This document shows positions 50,763-57,898 of a stretch of 64,000 bases of DNA, in pieces (within the stretch, counting starts at the first letter, position 1; each line of letters opens with the position of its first letter). The notes beneath the pieces are model-generated. The model searched no databases and was not told where the DNA came from. It saw only the letters and a list, made by a program, of their open reading frames with translations. The position numbers and the translations under genes were made by a program. The DNA is from Clostridiales bacterium UBA1770 (GTDB lineage Bacteria > Bacillota > Clostridia > Oscillospirales > CAG-272): assembly GCA_002315325.1 (NCBI GenBank), contig DCGU01000090.1, positions 12,995-76,994 of the forward strand, written 5' to 3'.

Positions 50763-50791
50763 ATTTTATCATTCTGACATTTCATTGTCAA
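50763..50791 (-). promoter_or_regulatory. Promoter for the surface protein gene
   Basis: Minus strand: TTGACA (50786-50791), 17 nt, TAAAAT (50763-50768). Confidence 0.55.
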
Positions 50792-51091
50792 TATGACATT
50801 TTGCACAACATTTCGTAACACTTTATTAATATTTGGCCACGTTTCTTTTCTGATTTCGCGTCAATCGCCGATTCACAACTTCCTTCAATATTATATATAA
50901 TATATTTGCAATTCCCGTTATGCCTCAACTGGTGGGGGAAGCAGGCATCATTTCCGCCAAACGTTTTCCGATTTTTATTTTTTAAAAGAAAAAAGAAACA
51001 ACATCGCATTTCATTTTTTGTGCACATTGCACAATTGCCGGCCCTAAAAAGCAGGGGGGGCCGACGTATACCGGCACATTTTTATTCGGCC

Positions 51092-51120
51092 TTGACTTTT
51101 AATTTATTTAAGTATATAAT
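51092..51120 (+). promoter_or_regulatory. Promoter for the CNNM pair
   Basis: TTGACT (51092-51097), 17 nt, TATAAT (51115-51120). Confidence 0.6.
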
Positions 51121-51163
51121 ATTTATAATTTTATTCACAAAAAGATAGGAGTTGGTTCTTTGC

Positions 51164-52483
51164 ATGGACGGTGGCAGTTGGCAACTGTTCATTATTTTCT
51201 TTTTATTTATGATTTTGGCCGGGTTCTTTGCGGCGGCGGAAAGCGCCTTTTCGTCCGTTAATAAGATCCGGATCAAAACGCAGGCAGAAGAAGGCAATAA
51301 ACGTGCCAAATTCGCCTGGCGTATTTTAGACGGTCCAGACAAAGCCCTGACCGCCATTCTGATCGGCAACAATATTGCACACATTGCCGCCGCTTCGGTT
51401 GCAACGTTGTTTGCCACCCGATTGTACCTTGCCGGGAAAACCGGTGCACTGTCCAAAAATAACGTCACGCTGCTCTGCACTCTTTTGACGACGGCCATTG
51501 TCTTCCTTTGCAGTGAAATGATTCCCAAAACGTTAGCCACGGACAAATGCGAAAGCGTTGCCCTTGCTTTGGCACCGATCCTTCATTTATTTATGAAGTG
51601 TATTGCACCCTTGATTTTTTTCTTCAACGGCATCGCTTCATTGGCTACCAAATGGTTGGCGCCGAATCAGGCGCCGACGGCAACGGAAGAAGAACTGTAC
51701 GATATCGTTGATACGATTGAAGAAGAGGGCGTCATGGACGAAGAGCAAACCGATTTGCTTCGCTCCGCTCTTGACTTTTCCAATATTACCGTTTCGGACG
51801 TCATGACCATGGCGCGCGATATGCTGTTGATTGACGAAACAATGCCGACGGATGCAATCGTTAATCTTATCCGAACCACAACGCATTCCCGCATTCCCGT
51901 TTTCAGCGGCACCCGGGACAATATCATCGGCATCCTGTCCGTTCGTTCTTTTATTCGTGATTACCTGAACGACCGTCAGGCCGACGTTCACAATTCCCTT
52001 TTGGAACCGTTTTTCGTCAGCAGTACAACGATGATTGACGACCTTCTTACCAGTATGCGTGCCAGGAACTGCTATCTGGCCATGATTTCCGATGAAAGCG
52101 GTAAGACCGTCGGCCTTATAACAATTGAAGATTTGCTGGAAGAATTGGTCGGTGAGATTTGGGACGAAGAAGATACGCCCAACGACCGCTTCGTCAACCT
52201 GGGCGGCAATCGTTTTTTGGTGGATACGCATTTGATGATGGGTGACGTTCTCGGGAAAATCGGCATTCCGTGCCCGGATTCCCGCACAGCAACGCGCCCC
52301 GTCCTATCTTGGATGGTGGAACGTTTGGGCAAGCTGCCCGATGAAAATACCGTTCTGTTTTGCAGCGGCATTGAAATCACACCGGAAACGTTTGACGGCG
52401 ACCGCGTCACAAAAGTTGTCTTTCGTTTGACCGACAGCTCGGCATCCGCCGTATCTGCCGAGAGCGAGGAGGCAGTGCAATGA
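51164..52483 (+). CDS. CNNM/hemolysin-family protein (DUF21 - CBS pair - CorC_HlyC), copy 1
   Basis: DUF21 TM domain (AAESAFSS.NK.R), CBS pair, C-terminal CorC domain. AGGAG SD 12 nt before the ATG at 51164 (the ORF-track TTG start is rejected). Confidence 0.85.
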   Translation: MDGGSWQLFIIFFLFMILAGFFAAAESAFSSVNKIRIKTQAEEGNKRAKFAWRILDGPDKALTAILIGNNIAHIAAASVATLFATRLYLAGKTGALSKNNVTLLCTLLTTAIVFLCSEMIPKTLATDKCESVALALAPILHLFMKCIAPLIFFFNGIASLATKWLAPNQAPTATEEELYDIVDTIEEEGVMDEEQTDLLRSALDFSNITVSDVMTMARDMLLIDETMPTDAIVNLIRTTTHSRIPVFSGTRDNIIGILSVRSFIRDYLNDRQADVHNSLLEPFFVSSTTMIDDLLTSMRARNCYLAMISDESGKTVGLITIEDLLEELVGEIWDEEDTPNDRFVNLGGNRFLVDTHLMMGDVLGKIGIPCPDSRTATRPVLSWMVERLGKLPDENTVLFCSGIEITPETFDGDRVTKVVFRLTDSSASAVSAESEEAVQ

Positions 52484-53784
52484 TATACACGAAAATTCTG
52501 CTGATTATCGGCCTTTTGTTTCTTTCGGCCTTTTTCTCCGCATCGGAGATTGCGTTCAATGCTTCCAACAAAATCAGATTAAAAAAAGCCGCTGACGCCG
52601 GCGAAAAAACGGCCAAAGCCGCGCTGTATATTGCAGATCATTACACGTCAGCCCTTTGTACCATCTTGGTCGGCAACAATTTAGTCAATATCGGCGCATC
52701 CTCCGTATCCACCGTCATCGTCATGACACTTTTGGCCGGCATCGGTAAAAACGCCGACGGTCTTGCCTCCGTCATTGCCACTGCCGTGATGACCGTAATT
52801 ATTTTAATTTTCGGTGAAATCGTTCCGAAAATCGTAGGCCGTCAGCACGCGGATACGTTATCCCGTACCGTCGCCTTCCCCATTCGCATTTTGTCCGTTT
52901 TGCTGTTCCCTATCGTCATCCTCGTTTTGGGGGTCATTCGTCTTTTGCAAAAGCTGTGGAAATCGGCCGAGGCGGAAGAAGAACCGACCATGACGGAAGA
53001 TGAGTTATCCACGTTGATTGATACCGTTCAGGAAGAAGGCGTCATTGATGAGGAAAAAAGCGAATTACTGCAGTCCACGCTTGAATTCCCGGAAACAACG
53101 GTAGAAGAAGTGATGACGCCCCGTATTGATACGGAGTTCATCAACTTGGCCGATTCTCCGGAAGAAATCAAGAAACAGATTGACGAGTCACGTTATTCAA
53201 GGCTGCCCGTATACGACGGCGACATTGACGAAATTATGGGCATTTTGTTCTTAAACCAGTACTATAAAGCCATTTTGGACGAAGAAGGAGACTCCCTGTC
53301 CCGCACCGGCATTGAGGACATTCTGATTGCCCCCTGCCTGCTTCACAAAACCATGAAACTGCCGAATGCGCTGAACGTGCTGCGTGAAAAGAAAACGCAC
53401 CTCGGCATCGTGATTGACGAGTTCGGCGGCACCATGGGTGTCGTTACTATTGAAGACATCCTCGAGGAACTCGTCGGTGATATTTGGGATGAAAACGAAG
53501 ATGCCGTTCCGGAGATTGTTCAAACGGGCGATAACACGTATGACGTCAACGGGGATATGAACCTGGACGATTTATTCGACGCATTGGATTTTACGCCGGA
53601 AGAAGACTTTTCCTGCGACTATTCCACCGTCGGCGGTTGGGCCGTTGAAATGACCGAGGCCAATCCGCACGTGGGCGACTCCTTTACGTACAGCCGCATC
53701 ACTGCCGTCATAACGGAAATGGATGACGTTCGCGTCACCAAGTTGACCGTTTTGCTGGCAGAAAAACCGGAAGAAGACGAATAA
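52480..53784 (+). CDS. CNNM/hemolysin-family protein (DUF21 - CBS pair - CorC_HlyC), copy 2
   Basis: Same architecture (FFSASEIAFNASNKIRL, GEIVPK, CBS pair, CorC). 4-nt ATGA overlap with copy 1. Confidence 0.85.
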   Translation: MIYTKILLIIGLLFLSAFFSASEIAFNASNKIRLKKAADAGEKTAKAALYIADHYTSALCTILVGNNLVNIGASSVSTVIVMTLLAGIGKNADGLASVIATAVMTVIILIFGEIVPKIVGRQHADTLSRTVAFPIRILSVLLFPIVILVLGVIRLLQKLWKSAEAEEEPTMTEDELSTLIDTVQEEGVIDEEKSELLQSTLEFPETTVEEVMTPRIDTEFINLADSPEEIKKQIDESRYSRLPVYDGDIDEIMGILFLNQYYKAILDEEGDSLSRTGIEDILIAPCLLHKTMKLPNALNVLREKKTHLGIVIDEFGGTMGVVTIEDILEELVGDIWDENEDAVPEIVQTGDNTYDVNGDMNLDDLFDALDFTPEEDFSCDYSTVGGWAVEMTEANPHVGDSFTYSRITAVITEMDDVRVTKLTVLLAEKPEEDE

Positions 53785-53800
53785 CGAACCAACCAAAACA

Positions 53801-53850
53801 AACCGTAAAAAGCCGAACGCATTGCTTTCCGCTTTTTACGGTTTTCTTTA
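53801..53850 (+). terminator. Terminator after the CNNM pair
   Basis: AACCGTAAAAAGC-loop-GCTTTTTACGGTT followed by TTCTTT. Confidence 0.6.
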
Positions 53851-53879
53851 ATTAAATCATATAAAAAATGAACTAACTG

Positions 53880-53908
53880 TTGACAAGAACAGATAATCGT
53901 GCTATAAT
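53880..53908 (+). promoter_or_regulatory. Promoter for ylxM-ffh
   Basis: TTGACA (53880-53885), 17 nt, TATAAT (53903-53908). Confidence 0.65.
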
Positions 53909-53960
53909 CTGTAAAGTAATTTGCTTTACAGGCAAAAAAAAGCGGAGAATGAACACGTAT

Positions 53961-54308
53961 ATGACAGTATTGGATGAAAGCTTTGAAATACAACAACTGT
54001 TTGACTGTTACGGTGTGACGCTGTCGGACCGAAAACGCGACGTGATTGATTTATATTATAATGAAGATCTTTCCCTTTCCGAAATTGCCGAAAACATCCA
54101 CATTTCCCGCCAGGGTGTCAGTGAGCTGCTTTGTAAAGCGAAAGAGGAATTGTTCACCATTGAATCACAGATGCATCTTTTGGAAAAGAAACGGCAGGCC
54201 GCAGCAGCGCTGTCATCTGCCGAATCTCTTCTTGACGGACCGATGAACGACGGCGTGCGGGAACAGTTAATATCCGCACTGAACGTGATTCGCACGCTTT
54301 TGCAATAA
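53961..54308 (+). CDS. ylxM: YlxM/p13-like putative DNA-binding protein (UPF0122). The start could also be 53949.
   Basis: LFDCYG..L...R.VIDLYYNEDLSLSEIAENIHISRQGV sigma-70-region-4-like HTH, directly upstream of ffh. Confidence 0.85.
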   Translation: MTVLDESFEIQQLFDCYGVTLSDRKRDVIDLYYNEDLSLSEIAENIHISRQGVSELLCKAKEELFTIESQMHLLEKKRQAAAALSSAESLLDGPMNDGVREQLISALNVIRTLLQ

Positions 54309-54333
54309 CCGATTTTATTCCGGAGATAAGACA

Positions 54334-55668
54334 ATGTTTCAGAACCTTTCCGAAAAACTGAATAACGCCTTTCGGAAACTGCGTTCAAAAGGCAAATTGA
54401 CCGAGGCTGATGTTCGCGCCGGCATGCGCGAGATTAAGATGGCCCTTTTGGAGGCGGACGTCAACTTTAAAGTCGTTAAGGAATTTATTGCCGGCGTTAC
54501 CGAACGTGCCGTCGGTTCCGAAGTATTGGAATCGTTAATGCCGGGTCAGCAGGTTGTCAAAATCGTCAATGATGAATTGACAAAACTGATGGGCGGATCC
54601 GTTGCAAAACTGACCATTTCTTCCCAACCGCCGACAATCATCATGATGGTCGGTCTGCAAGGTGCGGGTAAGACGACGCATACCGGTAAATTGGCCGGCA
54701 TGTATAAAAAACAAGGTAAAAATCCCCTGCTCGTCGCCTGTGACGTTTATCGCCCTGCCGCCGTGAAGCAGCTGCAGGTTGTCGGTGAATCCATCGGCGT
54801 TCCTGTCTTTGCCATGGAAAACGCGAAGGATCCTGTCAAAATTGCCAAGGAAGGTTTGGCACTCGCCAAACAAAAAGGTTACGACATGGTCTTTATCGAT
54901 ACGGCGGGCCGTTTACAAATTGACGAATCCATGATGGACGAGTTGGTACGGTTAAAAGACCTGCTCAAACCGACCGAAATCCTTCTTGTCATTGATGCCA
55001 TGATCGGCCAGGAAGCGGTTGCCGTTTCCGAAACGTTCAACAATATGCTTGACATCACCGGCGTTATCTTGACAAAGCTGGACGGCGATACCCGCGGCGG
55101 TGCGGCACTGTCTGTCAAACACGTTACCGGGAAACCGATCAAATTTGTCGGCACCGGTGAAAAAATGGACGCCATTGAGCCGTTCTATCCCGACAGAATG
55201 GCAAGCCGCATTCTCGGCATGGGCGACGTACTGACCTTGATTGACAAAGCGCAGCAGTCTTTTGACGAAAAGAAAGCCGCCGAACTGGAAGAAAAGATTC
55301 GCAAATCCACGTTCACGCTGGACGATTATTTGGACCAACTCCAACAAATCAAGGGCATGGGCAATTTGGAACAACTGCTCGGCATGATTCCGGGCATGAA
55401 CAAATCGGCCGTTAAGGATGCCAAAATTGATGAAAAAGCCATGGCGCACACCGAGGCTATCATTCATGCCATGACACCTGCCGAACGCCTAAATCCCGAT
55501 ATTATTAATGCCTCGCGCCGTCGGCGTATTGCCCTCGGTTCCGGCACGGCCGTGGAAGAAGTCAACAAGCTTTTAAAACAATTTGACGCTATGAAGAAAA
55601 TGATGAAAGAATTTACTTCACCCGGCAAATTGAAAAGGAAATTCCCCGGCATGAAGTTCCCCACGTAA
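54334..55668 (+). CDS. ffh: Signal recognition particle protein Ffh
   Basis: N domain, G domain (GLQGAGKTT, DTAGRL, TKLDGD) and a Met-rich M domain. Confidence 0.97.
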   Translation: MFQNLSEKLNNAFRKLRSKGKLTEADVRAGMREIKMALLEADVNFKVVKEFIAGVTERAVGSEVLESLMPGQQVVKIVNDELTKLMGGSVAKLTISSQPPTIIMMVGLQGAGKTTHTGKLAGMYKKQGKNPLLVACDVYRPAAVKQLQVVGESIGVPVFAMENAKDPVKIAKEGLALAKQKGYDMVFIDTAGRLQIDESMMDELVRLKDLLKPTEILLVIDAMIGQEAVAVSETFNNMLDITGVILTKLDGDTRGGAALSVKHVTGKPIKFVGTGEKMDAIEPFYPDRMASRILGMGDVLTLIDKAQQSFDEKKAAELEEKIRKSTFTLDDYLDQLQQIKGMGNLEQLLGMIPGMNKSAVKDAKIDEKAMAHTEAIIHAMTPAERLNPDIINASRRRRIALGSGTAVEEVNKLLKQFDAMKKMMKEFTSPGKLKRKFPGMKFPT

Positions 55669-55750
55669 TTTCTAACTTATCTTTGCTGTCATACCGCCCC
55701 CGGCGGAAATATGATATAAATCAAAAAAATTTATTTTGGAGGAAAATACC

Positions 55751-55993
55751 ATGGTAAAAATCAGACTGAGAAGAATCGGTGCAAAGAAAGCACCCTTCTA
55801 CCGCATCGTTGTCGCTGACAGCCGCTATCCCCGTGACGGTCGTTTCATCGAGGAAATCGGTACCTACGATCCCGCAAAGGAACCCGCTGCAGTAACCGTT
55901 GATGCAGACAAAGCAAAAGCCTGGATTGCAAAAGGAGCACAGCCCACTGAAACTGTTAAGGCTCTTTTGAAGAAGTCCGGTACCATTGACTGA
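55751..55993 (+). CDS. rpsP: 30S ribosomal protein S16
   Basis: [48 protein letters not shown]. Confidence 0.96.
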   Translation: MVKIRLRRIGAKKAPFYRIVVADSRYPRDGRFIEEIGTYDPAKEPAAVTVDADKAKAWIAKGAQPTETVKALLKKSGTID

Positions 55994-56011
55994 TAACGTC
56001 GGAGTAACACA

Positions 56012-56254
56012 ATGACCGCGTTAAAGGAAACGTTAATCGACATTGCCAAGGCCATCGTGGATCATCCCGACGACGTAACCGTTGCCGAAAACGAGGATGA
56101 ATCCGTCATCACGTTGACACTGAGCGTCAACCCCGATGACATGGGCATGGTGATCGGCCGTAATGGTAAGATTGCCAAAGCAATCCGCACCGTTATTAAA
56201 GCGGCTGCCGTCACAGGCAACGTGCCCCAAAAAGTCAACGTTGAGATTCGCTGA
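56012..56254 (+). CDS. KH domain RNA-binding protein (YlqC/UPF0109)
   Basis: 80 aa with a GxxG KH motif (IGRNGKIAKAIRTV), in the conserved position after rpsP. Confidence 0.88.
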   Translation: MTALKETLIDIAKAIVDHPDDVTVAENEDESVITLTLSVNPDDMGMVIGRNGKIAKAIRTVIKAAAVTGNVPQKVNVEIR

Positions 56255-56268
56255 CAGCCGGCAATCAA

Positions 56269-56305
56269 TAAGGATCCGTTATCATGACGGGTCCTTATTT
56301 ATTTT
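56269..56305 (+). terminator. Terminator after the KH protein gene
   Basis: AAGGATCCGT-loop-ACGGGTCCTT followed by ATTTATTTTT. Confidence 0.6.
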
Positions 56306-56309
56306 TCCC

Positions 56310-56338
56310 TTGATTTATTGACGCCGATGTGATAAAAT
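56310..56338 (+). promoter_or_regulatory. Promoter for glpK-GH38
   Basis: TTGATT (56310-56315), 17 nt, TGaTAAAAT (56333-56338). Confidence 0.55.
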
Positions 56339-56372
56339 GGCCGTATTGGTATTACATATAAGGAGGATTATT

Positions 56373-57869
56373 ATGGCTTCCTATATCATCGCACTTGACC
56401 AAGGTACAACGAGTTCACGTTGTATCGTTTTTGATGCAAAAGGCAACAACGTTGCCATGGCACAAAAAGAATTTAAGCAGTATTTTCCCAATGACGGATG
56501 GGTTGAACATGATCCTGAAGAAATATGGGAGTCCCAAATCAGCGTTGCCAAAGAAGCAGTGCAAAAATCCGGCATTTCCGTGCAGGATATTGCTGCCGTC
56601 GGCATCACCAACCAGCGCGAAACAACCATTGTATGGGATAAGAAAACGGGAAAACCGATTGCCCCGGCCATTGTTTGGCAATGCCGCAGAACCGCCGAAT
56701 ACTGCGGTTTTTTAAAGTCCGAGGGTTACGGTGATAAAATAAAAGAGAAAACCGGCCTTTTGATTGATGCCTATTTTTCCGCCACCAAAATCAAGTGGCT
56801 GTTGGACCACGTTGAAGGCGCTAAAGAACGCGCCAAAAACGGTGAACTTTTGTTCGGCACAATTGATTCCTGGCTGATTTATAACTTGACCGGCGGCAAA
56901 GTGCACGCAACCGATTATTCCAATGCCGCCCGCACTATGCTGTTTAACATCCACACGCTGCAGTGGGATGAGGAATTGTTAAAACTGTTCCACATTCCCG
57001 CCTGCATGATGCCGAAAGTCATGCCGTCCTGCGGCATTTTCGGCTATGCGCAAAAAGAACTGTTCGGCCGCGAAATTCCGATTTCCGGCGTGGCAGGCGA
57101 CCAACAGGCAGCCCTGTTCGGTCAGTGCTGCTTTGACGTCGGCAACGTCAAAAACACCTACGGTACCGGCGGGTTTATGCTGATGAATACCGGTAAAAAT
57201 GCCGTCACGTCGCATCATGGCCTTTTGACGACCATCGGTTGGGGCATCGGCAGTGATATTACCTACGTACTGGAAGGGTCCGTCTTTATTTGCGGTGCAG
57301 CCGTACAATGGCTGCGTGACGGATTAGGTCTTGTCGCCAAAGCATCCGATACGGAAGCACTTGCCGCCTCCGTTCCGACGACCGACGGCGTATATTTTGT
57401 CCCCGCTTTCGTCGGCCTCGGCGCCCCCTATTGGGATCCGTACGCCCGCGGTGCTATGTTCGGGATTACGCGCAGCACGACAAAGGCGCACGTCACCCGC
57501 GCCGTTTTGGAATCCATGGCCTATCAAACGGCCGACGTCGTTAACGTCATGAAAAAGGAAGTCGGTACGACGTACTGTTCACTGCGCGTTGACGGCGGCG
57601 CTTCCGCCAACAACCTGCTGCTGCAATTCCAATCGGATATTATGGGCAGTAACATTATTCGCCCCAAATGCATTGAAACAACGGCTCTCGGTGCAAGTTT
57701 CTTAGCAGGACTTGCGACCGGTATCTACAGCTCCCAAAACGAAATTGCCTCCATTTGGCAAATTGACCGCGAGTTTACACCGGCAATGTCCGAATTTGAA
57801 CGCGACGAGCGTCTGCGCAAATGGCACAAGGCCGTCCGCGCCTGCTCCGGTTGGGAACAGAGAAATTAA
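56373..57869 (+). CDS. glpK: Glycerol kinase (start moved to MASYIIALDQG...)
   Basis: YIIALDQGTTSSRCIVFD, GITNQRETTIVWDK, GDQQAALFGQ and FGGY C-terminal motifs. AAGGAGG SD before the ATG at 56373. Confidence 0.93.
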   Translation: MASYIIALDQGTTSSRCIVFDAKGNNVAMAQKEFKQYFPNDGWVEHDPEEIWESQISVAKEAVQKSGISVQDIAAVGITNQRETTIVWDKKTGKPIAPAIVWQCRRTAEYCGFLKSEGYGDKIKEKTGLLIDAYFSATKIKWLLDHVEGAKERAKNGELLFGTIDSWLIYNLTGGKVHATDYSNAARTMLFNIHTLQWDEELLKLFHIPACMMPKVMPSCGIFGYAQKELFGREIPISGVAGDQQAALFGQCCFDVGNVKNTYGTGGFMLMNTGKNAVTSHHGLLTTIGWGIGSDITYVLEGSVFICGAAVQWLRDGLGLVAKASDTEALAASVPTTDGVYFVPAFVGLGAPYWDPYARGAMFGITRSTTKAHVTRAVLESMAYQTADVVNVMKKEVGTTYCSLRVDGGASANNLLLQFQSDIMGSNIIRPKCIETTALGASFLAGLATGIYSSQNEIASIWQIDREFTPAMSEFERDERLRKWHKAVRACSGWEQRN

Positions 57870-57898
57870 TTCGTATCCAAAATATTACGGAGGTAATC

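Noticed and set aside
50788-51148. ORFs of 79 aa (minus) and 80 aa (plus, TTG start) in the gap upstream of the CNNM genes.
   Set aside because: No SD, Cys/Phe/Lys-rich nonsense composition, and overlap with promoter and hairpin elements. No family resemblance.
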